DNA from: a virus
Lineage: Duplodnaviria; Caudoviricetes
DNA length: 40,110 nt
Virus record (IMG/VR): IMGVR_UViG_3300016636_000068
Location: 1 to 40,110 of that record
Reading direction: 5' to 3' (one strand)
Shown here: positions 9,856 through 20,832 of the stretch, in pieces
How positions within the stretch are numbered: the stretch's first letter is position 1
Layout: every line of letters starts with the position of its first letter
Position numbers and translations under genes: made by a program
Notes under the pieces: model-generated
Told to the model about the DNA's origin: nothing
The model's input: only the letters and a program-made list of their open reading frames with translations
Databases searched by the model: none

Positions 9856-10764
9856 TTACCCCTGGAATCCAAAGTCACGAAGTACTTGTAGTGCAACATT
9901 AGATACTTCTTCACGAGCATTGTCGGTATACTGCCAGCGTGGGTCCTTACGGACTGCACGTTGAAAATCATAAAGAGACATTTCTTTGTCTTGTCCGTAA
10001 GCGCTACGAAGTAGCGGATCATCTAGGCTGATTGCATCTGGAGTTAGTTCAAGCAGATTAGCCATACGAGTTCTGTATGGAGCATAGATGTTATCAAGGT
10101 CTAAGCCTTCATCAAGTAAGGCACCTACCTTTTCAGGTAGACCTAACTTGGCCTGTTGACGGATAAGGCGAGAAAAGTCATCAAGAGATTCTCCCTTAGA
10201 TATGCGTTGCAACCATCCATCTAGCTGCAAGCCAAAGTCTTTTTCTAGATTGAAACCATTAGCACGAGCAACAGAACGTAGGCTGTCAAGAGCATTACCA
10301 ATTTCACCTGCTGCACCCTTTGCAGAGATGCCACCAGCTAGTTCATCAAAGATAGTCTCATCATCAATGCCATCGATGTAATACTTCTCAAGAGTCTTGT
10401 CATCTGCCTTGAGGCCACGAGATGCAAGCTGACGCTTGATGGTGACCATCCAGTTCTTGAGCTTCTCTTTATACAACTTATCGTTTTCAAGTTGCATAAG
10501 AATGCGGTTTTGGGCATCGCTATCTAACTTACCCCAAGCAGATTTGAAGTATTCTTCTTCTGCCTCTGCTAACTTACCAGCATCAAGAAGGGCGAAAATC
10601 TTTTTGATTTCAGCGCCATAGATTGGGTGGTTGATAAGCGCTTCACCGATACCATACTTGGTGCGAACGTCTACAGTGTTTTTATTTGTGGAAGTATTTG
10701 ATGTATCGGCTTCTCCATCAAGAACACCGCCACCGTCTATTACCGAAACACGAGGTCTAGCCAT
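9856..10764 (-). CDS. Putative internal virion protein
   Basis: Start MARPRV with GGAGG RBS; ends DPRWQYTDNARE..LRDFGFQG. Confidence 0.5.
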   Translation of the reverse strand: MARPRVSVIDGGGVLDGEADTSNTSTNKNTVDVRTKYGIGEALINHPIYGAEIKKIFALLDAGKLAEAEEEYFKSAWGKLDSDAQNRILMQLENDKLYKEKLKNWMVTIKRQLASRGLKADDKTLEKYYIDGIDDETIFDELAGGISAKGAAGEIGNALDSLRSVARANGFNLEKDFGLQLDGWLQRISKGESLDDFSRLIRQQAKLGLPEKVGALLDEGLDLDNIYAPYRTRMANLLELTPDAISLDDPLLRSAYGQDKEMSLYDFQRAVRKDPRWQYTDNAREEVSNVALQVLRDFGFQG

Positions 10765-11540
10765 TATCGCTGACCTCCTTGGCTGAGAAGCCACTTAGTG
10801 TTATCAATACGCTTCTTACGTTCAACGGATGCAGGATCTTCTGCTTCGATTGTTGAGGTAATCTCTTGAGCAATCTGTTCTTTAGAAAAGCCTGGAGTCT
10901 GAGTAACAACCTTCTCCATCTTGCCAGTCTTAGGATTCTTTACTTCCTTGACAGTAGTAACGATACCTTCACTGTAAAGTTTGCTAATACCTTTGACCAA
11001 ATCCTGATACCAACCCATTTGCTTATCAGAGTCTTGGATTGTACGTCCTGCCTTCTTGAGCATAATTTCATCAATGTCAGCAGCAATCTCATCTTCAGTT
11101 ACTTGATAGACCTGACGGGTAGGTAGGGCTGGAGCCTTCTTCTTGCCGCCTGCATACCAACCAAGGTATTGCTCTGGCGTAATCTTTTGCTGTCCATTGG
11201 ATGTGGCATACCAGTCGGATGCTCCGTCTACTGATAAATCCCACAAAGCACGAGCCTGAATAGGGTCTGCGGTAATACCATTCTTGCGAAGGGTAGTGTT
11301 CCACTTATTACGCAATGCTTCGTCTGTAAGATATAAGCGCTTTGCATCAGCAATAGTCTTTGTTTCATCGCCTGCAGGAATTGTTACAGTCTGACCAGAA
11401 CGCTTCATAGTAACTTTTTTTGAAGCAGTTGCGCCAAAGTAAACCTTATTTGCATAGCCACCAGTGGAACTAGCGCCGCCGTTCCAATCATTGAAGAATG
11501 CGTCATTTTCATCTTTTGCATTTCCAACAGGAGATGTCAT
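10764..11540 (-). CDS. Hypothetical virion-block protein
   Basis: 258 aa, coupled to neighbours. Confidence 0.55.
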   Translation of the reverse strand: MTSPVGNAKDENDAFFNDWNGGASSTGGYANKVYFGATASKKVTMKRSGQTVTIPAGDETKTIADAKRLYLTDEALRNKWNTTLRKNGITADPIQARALWDLSVDGASDWYATSNGQQKITPEQYLGWYAGGKKKAPALPTRQVYQVTEDEIAADIDEIMLKKAGRTIQDSDKQMGWYQDLVKGISKLYSEGIVTTVKEVKNPKTGKMEKVVTQTPGFSKEQIAQEITSTIEAEDPASVERKKRIDNTKWLLSQGGQR

Positions 11541-14500
11541 CGGAGTCCTTCCAGCAATGTATCATTCTCAAGGATTCTGGTATAGACCCTATTGAATGTA
11601 ACGTCTTTATCAATCAAGTATGCAGTAAATGCTGACCATAGTTCTTTGATGTCTGCATTTTCTTCATTGTTTATATTCTTACTTGGACGCTGAGATAGCA
11701 TCTCAATAATTCTTTTACGACCATCTAAGTATTGAGCCATAGTCTTCATATCACTACGAGACGATAGGCGAGAGTCATTGACAGCTTTATCAGCAAAAGT
11801 CAAGAAATTCATAACCTTGCGAGTGTCAATCTTGCCACGTACTGAAGCCCAATCTGGATTTCTCTCAGATAGCCAAGCGATATAATCGCTACGCATCTGC
11901 TTCAAATCTTCAGCGCCTCTGGACTCTAGGCTCTTGAGGCCGCGATTGATACGCTCTGCTTCAATACGATCCATAGCTTTGTTGTACAGAATCCAACCGC
12001 GTTCCGCATTGGTATCTTGAATGGCTTCGTATGGGTCTTGTGCGCCTCTAAATGTTGTAGTTGAACCAGGAGCAACAGCCTGTTCTCTCTGATTACGGTA
12101 TACTGTAGGTGAGAACTCGCCAGCATTGGCATCTCCAACAAGGAACCAGCCATATTCTGGGTTGGTTGCAATCAAGTCAGATAGTTGTTTTGCTCGCTTA
12201 TCAGCTTCAACAGTTGCTGCTACACCTGTATAGTTCTTAGATAGGCTGGTTGTAAAGTAATAATACTCATCGCCGTACTTCTCATAGAACTTCTCAGCAG
12301 CATTGAGTGGGTCTTCTTCACGCATACGCTGATATTCGTCAATCCAGAACTGATAAGGACTGCGAGTTTGTGTAGCAAAAGGTAGAGATATTCTAGAAAC
12401 AACATCAAGGGCAATAATCCACTTGACCTTATTGTCAATTTCTTTTGGTGTTGGGGCAGCATCACGCTGACCTGTAGCAAATCTATGGCTTTCTTCTGCC
12501 ATAACAAGCACTGTGAGGTTAGAACGCAGAGGAGACTCTGGGTCAAAGCCATCAAACAGACGACGTGCTGCGGCATTTTGTAGCAAGAAGTTTCTAACGC
12601 TAGTATCTTGCGGTCCGTAAGGAAGGATTTCCTTGACAATACGGTTAGTTTCCTTCTCAGGATACTTCTTGATGAAAGAAGATAGCGGATACTGTACGAA
12701 CCAACCAGCACCTGGGTTCCACCACGCATTACCTTGGTAGATAAGGTTGAGCGATGGCTTTGGAATTGAGAATGGACGGCTATCAAATCGTAGCCACTTA
12801 GCCCATTCACCAGGAATGTTGATGTATTTGATTCCATCACGTTCCTCAACCATACCGCTACGATCTGGTGAGTCATAAATAGTTTCTAGTTTGCGGATTA
12901 CTGATGGGTCATTGAGGATAATACGACCCCACTTCTCAGCAACGTCAGCAAATGCGCCAAAGAATGGGAAGACATAACGCAGAGTAGAGGCTGCATCAAC
13001 GCGCTCTGATGTGTCATAAAGAGTACGGCGCATCTCAGCTCTAGCCCACTGGCGAGCCTTATTTTCTAGGTTGCGTAGATACTCAGGCGGAATGCTATCT
13101 CCAGGATAGGTTTCGATAGCGTTCTTTACTACAGCATCCATACGCTTACGGTATAAATCTACGAATAGAGAGTTACGGACAAGCGTTGATTCTGGTAATT
13201 CACCAAATCCTTTATAGAAATTATCAAGGAAGTTGGCCCATAATCTACCTACGCTACCGCGACCAAGTGCTGTGCTTACCTGTGCGCCGTTGACATCTGG
13301 ACGACCAGTAACAGGGATGTACTTAGCGATATCATCTGGTGTGATATTGCGCTTTGAGGCAATACGCTTGAGTTCTGGGCTGATGTACTTAGGAAACAAA
13401 GCCTCAATATTCTTCATATTAGCCTCAACGATTTCATCAACGTTGCGACCAAGTGCTAGATTCTTGAGAATCTCACGGCCTTCAGGGTTCTTGAGTAAGA
13501 ACATCTTAGCCTTGTTCATTACCTGCTCACGAGGAGCATCTTGCAGAAGAATAGATGCAAATTTAGAGCCACGAATCTGACGGTTGACTACACGTTCATA
13601 GGATGGAACCCAGTTCTCATCAGATCCTTTGATGACTACCCAGTCTCCAGTAAGTTCTGTAGCATTACGTAGTTTGCTTGATGATTCGCTGAAAGCGTTA
13701 TCCATCAAGGTAGCAGCGTTAGCAATAAATCTATCTTTGATGTATTTGTACTTCTCTGGTGTAGCACCGAGAGCATCTTCGTAGGTAAATACCTCATCGC
13801 CAATCTTTATCTGACGCAAGCCCATACCGAAGATATCTTTGATTTTGGTCTTACCCTCAAGCATTGCATCGATTTCTGCAATCTGCTTACGAATCAATTC
13901 TGGGTCATCGGCGTTATCAATACCGACAAGAAGTTCAGCCTTCTTGGTATTGAGTTTGACGCTATCTAGGTAATCAAATACTTCTGTAGGCTTGGCATCC
14001 TTGAATCTATTAGCAACGATATTCTTGAGACCAACACCTGTACGGTTGAGGATAGCCATTGCACCGACAGTGTTAGCAATACGAAGGAATCCTTCAGTAA
14101 CGCTACGGATTGGGTAACCAATACGAGCAAGAACCTCAAATTTGATAAGAGAGTCAATGCTCTGGGCTAGTTCTCCGAATCCACGCTGGAAGGAATAGAC
14201 AGGTCCAAGTGCTTCAAAGCGAGATGCTCTGCTTGCCTTAGTCAAAACTCCGTACATATTGTCAATGTCAAGGGTAGGTAGTTCCTTGAGTAGTTGAGTC
14301 TCAGTCAAAGGCATTGGGATAACTAACTGAGTTCCGTCAATACCTTCGATTGGTGTAATTTTACCACCGACAGGACCACCTGTAGCAGGATCTATCGCTC
14401 CAGTATAGGCACGCTCACGGATTAGGTTATGTGCTCTAGCACGAGCGCCTGCAAATGTGTTCCAAGCCTTCTGAACATCTTCAGGATTGGTGTACCCGAA

Positions 14501-16171
14501 CTGACGAGCGACTGTATCAAAGAGTTCTCGCTCAATTTCTTGGTAAACTCTGGCTCGTTCTAGGTCGCTTGTAGCCGCAACGTACTTATTGAAGAGTTCA
14601 TTCTTGCGCTCTACAGTAAACTTTGATAAATCTAGGCTACGCTTAGTGGAAGCAATCTGAGACTTGATGATTTTCTTCTGAGTATCATCTACGACAACCT
14701 CTAAGTCCTTCTCAAGTTGTGCAATTTTAGACTTGTAAAGGTTTTCTTGCTTCTCGGATACGCCACGAACACGGCTGAGCATATTATCAATGGTCTGAAG
14801 TGACTGATTATCTGTGAAATCAATCCAACCTTTAGGACGTTTATAGGCAAAACCTGTGATAACACGTAGCGGAGTGCTTGCAGCTCCTGTACGAAGGTCA
14901 ATAAGACCTTGGTTTCTAAAGGCCGCTGTTCTAAAGTCAGCGATTGCATCAACTCGTGGAATCATATTGGGGTTGATGATTGCTTCAGCGTTGAGTTTTT
15001 GGATATTAGAGGCTAACTCCTGCTCATATTGAGCAGCCATAGCGATATTCTTCTCAAGGTTGTCGCCCTGATTGACCAAATCCATTGTGTATTGACCGCT
15101 TACCTTGTCAACACCAGCGCCAAAGAACTTTGCTCCTACGATTTCATCTTGTAAGTTAGCAATATCTGCCGCTAAATCTTTATTAGTCTGAAGCAAGCGT
15201 GTGGCTGCTTCAACATCTCCCATTGCCCACTGGACAATATCGGTCTTTGCTGCGTGACGAGCAGCAGTATCTTCAATCTTGTTAGCCTTAGCGATAAGAT
15301 CAGAGAATGCTGCAGGTGCTGCAGATTCACGGATAGACTTGACGCGAAATAGTTCTGCGGCAGTAAGGTTATCTGTTCTTTCTACGAAATCTTGTAGCGT
15401 TGCCTTGATACGCTCAGCACGCTTGCCTGTCTTTTCTCCAGCAAGGACTGCTTTGAGTTCAGCAGTTCCCTCTACTGCATACTTAGCACCGCGAGCTACC
15501 TTGAGTGCTTTACCAGCAACAAGGGTTGGGTCAATAACAAAGCGAGCAACGACATCTGTTCCCCACGATGAGAAACGTCCGTATGTCTGCTCACGGAAAG
15601 CCTTCTCAGCTTGGTTCTTGTCATAGATATCAAAATCATTAGCAGCAAAAAGTAAGTGGTCTTTGATGAACTGCTCTGCCTTATTACGGCTTTTACCAAG
15701 TGTTGCAGCATTGAGAGCGTTCTCAACTAAATCAACTGGTTGACCAACAAGAGTTCTTACAAGAGCACGACCAGGGGATACAGTTCTTGCCTTCTCCCAC
15801 GATTCTCTAATCTTTGTTGGGTTGATAGTCTTGCCATCAAATAATGGATTGCCTTCTTCGCCAAGAAGTAAACCGAATGACACCGCTTGTGCAGAGAGGT
15901 TATACGCCTTCTCCATACCAGCAAAAAGGTTTCCCCAGAAACCTGCTCCGCCTGCCGCCTTTGCTTTTTCTTGACGGTAGAATATCTCTTGTGCTTCAGC
16001 ACGATTCTTTGGCGGTACTGCTTTACCAAAGTCAGCAGGAGCTGCTAGCGAGGTTGGCTTACGTGCATCATTGTAGGCTTGATTGAATGCACCCATTGTG
16101 TCAAAGGCAGAGGGATTCTTCGCTTTGAGTTTCTCAGAATAAATCCTCTGTGCAATTTCTCTATCACTCAT
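11537..16171 (-). CDS. Large internal virion / DNA ejection protein (LPD-like)
   Basis: 1544 aa helical protein; YVFPFFGAF motif typical of large polyvalent phage proteins; podovirus position. Confidence 0.6.
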   Translation of the reverse strand: MSDREIAQRIYSEKLKAKNPSAFDTMGAFNQAYNDARKPTSLAAPADFGKAVPPKNRAEAQEIFYRQEKAKAAGGAGFWGNLFAGMEKAYNLSAQAVSFGLLLGEEGNPLFDGKTINPTKIRESWEKARTVSPGRALVRTLVGQPVDLVENALNAATLGKSRNKAEQFIKDHLLFAANDFDIYDKNQAEKAFREQTYGRFSSWGTDVVARFVIDPTLVAGKALKVARGAKYAVEGTAELKAVLAGEKTGKRAERIKATLQDFVERTDNLTAAELFRVKSIRESAAPAAFSDLIAKANKIEDTAARHAAKTDIVQWAMGDVEAATRLLQTNKDLAADIANLQDEIVGAKFFGAGVDKVSGQYTMDLVNQGDNLEKNIAMAAQYEQELASNIQKLNAEAIINPNMIPRVDAIADFRTAAFRNQGLIDLRTGAASTPLRVITGFAYKRPKGWIDFTDNQSLQTIDNMLSRVRGVSEKQENLYKSKIAQLEKDLEVVVDDTQKKIIKSQIASTKRSLDLSKFTVERKNELFNKYVAATSDLERARVYQEIERELFDTVARQFGYTNPEDVQKAWNTFAGARARAHNLIRERAYTGAIDPATGGPVGGKITPIEGIDGTQLVIPMPLTETQLLKELPTLDIDNMYGVLTKASRASRFEALGPVYSFQRGFGELAQSIDSLIKFEVLARIGYPIRSVTEGFLRIANTVGAMAILNRTGVGLKNIVANRFKDAKPTEVFDYLDSVKLNTKKAELLVGIDNADDPELIRKQIAEIDAMLEGKTKIKDIFGMGLRQIKIGDEVFTYEDALGATPEKYKYIKDRFIANAATLMDNAFSESSSKLRNATELTGDWVVIKGSDENWVPSYERVVNRQIRGSKFASILLQDAPREQVMNKAKMFLLKNPEGREILKNLALGRNVDEIVEANMKNIEALFPKYISPELKRIASKRNITPDDIAKYIPVTGRPDVNGAQVSTALGRGSVGRLWANFLDNFYKGFGELPESTLVRNSLFVDLYRKRMDAVVKNAIETYPGDSIPPEYLRNLENKARQWARAEMRRTLYDTSERVDAASTLRYVFPFFGAFADVAEKWGRIILNDPSVIRKLETIYDSPDRSGMVEERDGIKYINIPGEWAKWLRFDSRPFSIPKPSLNLIYQGNAWWNPGAGWFVQYPLSSFIKKYPEKETNRIVKEILPYGPQDTSVRNFLLQNAAARRLFDGFDPESPLRSNLTVLVMAEESHRFATGQRDAAPTPKEIDNKVKWIIALDVVSRISLPFATQTRSPYQFWIDEYQRMREEDPLNAAEKFYEKYGDEYYYFTTSLSKNYTGVAATVEADKRAKQLSDLIATNPEYGWFLVGDANAGEFSPTVYRNQREQAVAPGSTTTFRGAQDPYEAIQDTNAERGWILYNKAMDRIEAERINRGLKSLESRGAEDLKQMRSDYIAWLSERNPDWASVRGKIDTRKVMNFLTFADKAVNDSRLSSRSDMKTMAQYLDGRKRIIEMLSQRPSKNINNEENADIKELWSAFTAYLIDKDVTFNRVYTRILENDTLLEGLR

Positions 16172-16614
16172 AGAAGATTGGCCCGTAGTTGCCTTACATA
16201 GTTACGAAATGCTTGTGATGATGTCGGAGAAGCAGCAACAACTTCGAGAGCTGGAAGATAAGACAGCATTCTGTCTCGATCTTCTTGTGTATCTAAGTTG
16301 TTGTTGATGCCTAAAACTTCTGGTCCTGCACCTGGACCAATAGGAGATCCGTTCATAACATCTTCATCTGGTCGGATAGAAGCATCATAAAGTCTTGTTC
16401 CAACCTGAACTGGATTTGCTGCTGCGGCGCGAACATCAGATGCTCTAGCGCCGCGCACATCTGGAGTCTTTGCAAGCGGAGCGCCTGCTTTATTAGCAGT
16501 GTTCTCTATACCTGCTCCATAAGTATCTGATTGAAAACGGAGTTGGTCTGTACGTGTGGAGAATGGTCCAGGACCTGCAGGGCCAGCTACTGGATTCATT
16601 GGTTGCTTAGCCAT
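16168..16614 (-). CDS. Hypothetical protein after portal
   Basis: GPGPFSTRTD..GSPIGPGAGPE motifs; GGAGG RBS. Confidence 0.6.
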   Translation of the reverse strand: MAKQPMNPVAGPAGPGPFSTRTDQLRFQSDTYGAGIENTANKAGAPLAKTPDVRGARASDVRAAAANPVQVGTRLYDASIRPDEDVMNGSPIGPGAGPEVLGINNNLDTQEDRDRMLSYLPALEVVAASPTSSQAFRNYVRQLRANLL

Positions 16615-16825
16615 TGTTGTCCTCCATCTTCTCTAAATCTGATGTGAATTGTTCCCACACTCTGGAAACTTTTGTTTTTCTATTTGCGTTATATACTGCT
16701 AAATCTAAAATTTCTGATGCGAACATCTCTATGGCTCGCGTTATATTCATAAATAAACCTGAGAGAACTACTAAGAAATCAGCGAAAGTAATAGAGCGCG
16801 GTACGTAATCTTTATCTTCGTCCAC
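16607..16825 (-). CDS. Small hypothetical protein with hydrophobic segment
   Basis: GAGG RBS; FADFLVVLSGLFMNI. Confidence 0.55.
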   Translation of the reverse strand: MDEDKDYVPRSITFADFLVVLSGLFMNITRAIEMFASEILDLAVYNANRKTKVSRVWEQFTSDLEKMEDNNG

Positions 16826-16846
16826 GCTCTATCCTCTCTAGTAACA

Positions 16847-16978
16847 CTAAGCCTTCTTGCCTTTACGAGCCTTAGCAGCAAAGCCAAACTTGACTGCACC
16901 ACCCTTTGGCATTGGAGCCTTCTTTGAGCCTTCTGTTGGCTTGGCTACTGAAGCCTTTGCACGACCACCTTTTTTCAT
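16847..16978 (-). CDS. 43-aa Lys-rich protein (not in ORF track)
   Basis: GGAGGTG RBS; MKKGGRAKASVAKPTEGSKKAPMPKGGAVKFGFAAKARKGKKA. Confidence 0.8.
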   Translation of the reverse strand: MKKGGRAKASVAKPTEGSKKAPMPKGGAVKFGFAAKARKGKKA

Positions 16979-16989
16979 TTCACACCTCC

Positions 16990-18723
16990 CTACCCTGCAA
17001 TAGATGCGAGTAATTGAGCAATGTCTGGACGAGAGCCAGCAGCAGGGGCCGCACCCATTTGTTCTGGAGTTGGCTGCGAGGCAGGAACGGGGGCCATACC
17101 TGCTGCTGGAACTTCTGCGCCCATTGGCACTTCTGGTTGTTCTACGGGTTCAGGCATAAATACCTTCTCCACAATAGTCTCTAGTTGTAATCCCTTTTGA
17201 CGACCTTTGATAACTTCAGCGATTCTGGAAACAATCTGAGAAGGATCTTGACCTTGGGCTGCAAGTGCTGGAATGGCCTGAGCGTATTGAGCAACAGCAA
17301 CACGCAAAGAATCGCGCATCTCTTCAATATCCACACGCTGTTCTTCTTGAGTGACATTCAACTCCATTGGGATTTCACGACGTACATAGTCGCGGCTGAC
17401 AAGTTTATCGCTACGCATCTGTAGCAAAGCAATGATGGCATTGTTTGGATTCATACCCGACATAATGCCGTAGCGAACATCTACGCCGTATTCGCCATTG
17501 ATTTGTTTATTTGGGATGTACTTCATATTGAATGGAGTACCATCATCAACACCCTTGATTTCTTTCTGGATGTTGCCGAAAATCTTCTCGTCTACTTCAA
17601 AGCAGAGTGATACAAGTTCAGTAAACAGGCGTGCAAACTGTGCTTGTGCTGCACGAACCTGAGTATCAAAGCCTGCTTGGAGCGCTTGAACTCCACGACC
17701 TGTGATGATAGAGGCATCAACGTTACCGCTGCGTACTTCTGGATAACGAGCGCCTAGACGAAGTTCACGTTCTAGAACTCCAGATTCAGTAAAGACTCCA
17801 GGTGGTAGTTCTAGTGGTACACGGCGAATTGCCTGTGGATTAGCAGAACGCATAATCGCATCTGGGCCAAGTGCAAGTTCTTGGACATCTTGCGGAATAG
17901 CAATAGGAGCCTGAATAGATTTCTCTGCTGCTTGGATTTGCAATACTGCAAAGCGAGCGCGAGCAAGTTGCACTGCCAAGATATCATCGAACTGACCGCG
18001 TGCTTCGCCATCAAGAGATGACCGAACAGCAACACGAGCCATACACTTACCCGTTGGGTTAGGTAGGTTTGATAAAACCAAGTTGTTGCGATCAGGTACA
18101 TAAATCAAATCTTGGTCTTTGTCGTGATAGCGAATCATTGTGATATATGGAGAGCCAGATGCGTATTGGTTCTTAGCAACAATCTGGTTGTAGAACTCTG
18201 GATACTGCATTGCTAATGATTCTGCATCGGTATTGATGACCTGAGTTAGCGAGATGCAACGACCAAAGCGGTCCATCTCAGGATAGACACCGAATGGATT
18301 GAGCAGGCGGATACGAGGATTATTTGATTCGTAATCCATCTCTACGATTGCTGGAAGCATACCGTAGGTGTTGAACCAGTCAGCACCGTTGTACATCTGA
18401 ATCTGTAGTTCAGACATTGAGACGTAATAGTTAGCGATACGAGTTCTGGTATCTGCAGACTTGCGTGCGCTATCAGAAACCATATTGGTAGCAGCGCAGT
18501 TGAAGGATGGAAGAGGTGCCATCACTTCTGCAAGATCACGAGCAGCAACGTCTACGAAGTTAGCAACAAGAGGCTTGGGATAATCTTCGGAGAACATAGC
18601 AGGGTAGACCTTGCTGATATCTCCTTGACGTACTGATAGTACGTCGCGCATACGTTGGTCGCGTGCAGCGTACTTCGTCTGAAGACGCGATACCTTAGCG
18701 ACTACCTCTTTGAGTGTAAGCAC
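16990..18723 (-). CDS. Portal protein
   Basis: 577 aa directly after terminase; Pro-rich C-terminal tail. Confidence 0.75.
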   Translation of the reverse strand: MLTLKEVVAKVSRLQTKYAARDQRMRDVLSVRQGDISKVYPAMFSEDYPKPLVANFVDVAARDLAEVMAPLPSFNCAATNMVSDSARKSADTRTRIANYYVSMSELQIQMYNGADWFNTYGMLPAIVEMDYESNNPRIRLLNPFGVYPEMDRFGRCISLTQVINTDAESLAMQYPEFYNQIVAKNQYASGSPYITMIRYHDKDQDLIYVPDRNNLVLSNLPNPTGKCMARVAVRSSLDGEARGQFDDILAVQLARARFAVLQIQAAEKSIQAPIAIPQDVQELALGPDAIMRSANPQAIRRVPLELPPGVFTESGVLERELRLGARYPEVRSGNVDASIITGRGVQALQAGFDTQVRAAQAQFARLFTELVSLCFEVDEKIFGNIQKEIKGVDDGTPFNMKYIPNKQINGEYGVDVRYGIMSGMNPNNAIIALLQMRSDKLVSRDYVRREIPMELNVTQEEQRVDIEEMRDSLRVAVAQYAQAIPALAAQGQDPSQIVSRIAEVIKGRQKGLQLETIVEKVFMPEPVEQPEVPMGAEVPAAGMAPVPASQPTPEQMGAAPAAGSRPDIAQLLASIAG

Positions 18724-18731
18724 TTGTTCTC

Positions 18732-20591
18732 CTAAATGAACTGTCTGTCTTTTTCAGCAAGCAGTTCATCGATATTGATAACTGCACGCTTGCTTCTTTC
18801 GTAGCGTGATAAGAATGGATTTCGCATATGGTGAGTCTGGTGAATACCTTGGTTGAGCCATTCACGTACTTTGATTTCACAGAACCAGAGAGCCATCACC
18901 ATATCTGTCTTACCTTTGGTCGTAGGCGACCAAGTAATAAGTTGTTCTATAAGACTCTTGATATTCTCTGTTTGGTCAGATGGAAGATGAATCAGATTAT
19001 CTCTGTGATGCTTTCCATCTTGCTGCTTAGTACCAAACAATGTGGACATAGAAGCCACACCAAAGCCTGCATCCCACTTGTTATTACCAGTGTGGTGCTC
19101 TCTTAGTACAGTTCCTTTGGATGCAAGGAATTGTCTAATTCCCTCATCTTGTGTGAGAAAAGATTGAAAGGCATTGCGCTCGACGATCCATTCCGAAGGT
19201 GCATATACGTTAGTCCAATCGGTAATGAGTTGTCTGATTTGTGCAGGCGTAGGACGCGTAATCTTGATAGCGTCAACAATGTAGCGCTTATGAGATATGC
19301 GATCAACTGCATAACAGACCGCCGCTGTGTCTCCGACCATTGCAGGGTCGAGTCCACAAACAAAACTGAAACCGTTGAGGTCTTTGGGATGACCTGGATT
19401 GCCAGGCACCAATCGACCTGCTCGTCGCATTCCATCGATAGAGCCTTTCACACATACTGGGTCAAAGATTGCATCATCAGATATATCTTGCTGTTGATAA
19501 ATCAAAGCCCACGTAGAGGCATCCATCGCTTGACGCTCGTTGAAAAGGTTACGTCCATTCCAGCGAGGCCATAGACCTTCTTCTGTCTTCTGCTCTTCTG
19601 GTTGACCATCAAAGGGTTGGTCTGAATAAGGCCATAGAGTAACCCACTTATCGGGGTCTTCGTTAGATTCCAGTAGGGCTGGCATAGCCAGATAAGTCCA
19701 AGGGACCAGACCACCAGGGTATCTATCAGGTGAGCGTAGTTCTTTGTATAAATCTACTGCAGCTACGCGGGTACCGATAACGATGAGCTTGCCTGTCGGG
19801 TTGAGACGGGATCTAACATCTTGGGTAAGCCACTTGATCTGTCGTTCAAAGTCATTTGCGTTAGAGAGGGTAACTGCGTCGTCAATGAGAATCATATCGG
19901 CACGCTTACCGTAAATCTGACCGCCGATACCTACTGCCTCGATATTCGGGTCCTTCTCAGAGGACTCACGGAGTTCATCACCGAAGGTGACACGGGTTTG
20001 CTGCCAGGAGGCAGTCTTAGATTTGAACCCAACCCCAGCGGCATATGCCTGCTGTAGTTCTTCGTACATTGGATGCGTCAGTCGCTGCTTGATAGCATAA
20101 AGGAAGTCTGCGGCTAGACGCTGGGTTTGGGAAACTATGAGAACTCTAAAGTTCGGGTTATTGACAATCTTCCACGTCACATAGTCTACGGTGACCGTAA
20201 TGGACTTGGCGTGGTTGGGTGGAATGTTGATAAGGATGCGGTTATCTGCCAGACCCTTTTCGTACTTCATTGAGGGATGAAGCCAGCTTGGGTCACGACC
20301 CTCAATAACATCTATCAGGTTCTGCTGATGTGGGAAAGTCTTGGACTTGAGGAACTTCTGGCGGAAGCCAGCGAAGTCTAAATCCTTGGTTTGTTCTTCT
20401 ATAAAGGATTGACCACGTAGGCCTAGCCTAGTTCTATCCATACGGTCTGCAAAGACCTTATCGGATCTGCGGTAGTACTCATACGTTTTGAGAGATTTAC
20501 CAGCGGCTTTACAGCCGTCTTCTACTCGCATTCCTTGAGCTACACATTCAAGAATGATGCGCTTTGCTATATCAGCGCTGTTTTCTGTAAT
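18732..20591 (-). CDS. Terminase large subunit with N-terminal HTH; probable ATT start
   Basis: INIPPNHAKS (Walker A variant), MILIDD (Walker B), GLDPA and DMVMALW RNase H-like nuclease motifs; frame open to 20591 with AGGAG 6 nt upstream. Confidence 0.9.
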   Translation of the reverse strand: MTENSADIAKRIILECVAQGMRVEDGCKAAGKSLKTYEYYRRSDKVFADRMDRTRLGLRGQSFIEEQTKDLDFAGFRQKFLKSKTFPHQQNLIDVIEGRDPSWLHPSMKYEKGLADNRILINIPPNHAKSITVTVDYVTWKIVNNPNFRVLIVSQTQRLAADFLYAIKQRLTHPMYEELQQAYAAGVGFKSKTASWQQTRVTFGDELRESSEKDPNIEAVGIGGQIYGKRADMILIDDAVTLSNANDFERQIKWLTQDVRSRLNPTGKLIVIGTRVAAVDLYKELRSPDRYPGGLVPWTYLAMPALLESNEDPDKWVTLWPYSDQPFDGQPEEQKTEEGLWPRWNGRNLFNERQAMDASTWALIYQQQDISDDAIFDPVCVKGSIDGMRRAGRLVPGNPGHPKDLNGFSFVCGLDPAMVGDTAAVCYAVDRISHKRYIVDAIKITRPTPAQIRQLITDWTNVYAPSEWIVERNAFQSFLTQDEGIRQFLASKGTVLREHHTGNNKWDAGFGVASMSTLFGTKQQDGKHHRDNLIHLPSDQTENIKSLIEQLITWSPTTKGKTDMVMALWFCEIKVREWLNQGIHQTHHMRNPFLSRYERSKRAVINIDELLAEKDRQFI

Positions 20592-20787
20592 GGCAGGCTC
20601 CTATAAATTGACAGACCTCTGGGTACTAAAAAGAGGCGCCGCTTGCGCCTATCTCGTGCTTGAGCGCCCGAGCTAGCCACAGCGACGCGAGGGGTAATAC
20701 TGCTCTCCCTTATCGGGAGCGCAGCGTAAGCGTAGCGACTGTAGACTCATCCCAGCCTGTCTACAGTCTCTATACTGTATTAGGCAG

Positions 20788-20817
20788 GAAAAAAAAGCGG
20801 TTTCCCGCTTTTCTTCC
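20788..20817. terminator. Intrinsic terminator-like hairpin, U-tract best on minus strand
   Basis: AAAAAAAAGCGG-TTTC-CCGCTTTT. Confidence 0.6.
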
Positions 20818-20832
20818 AAAAATCTTTATAGA

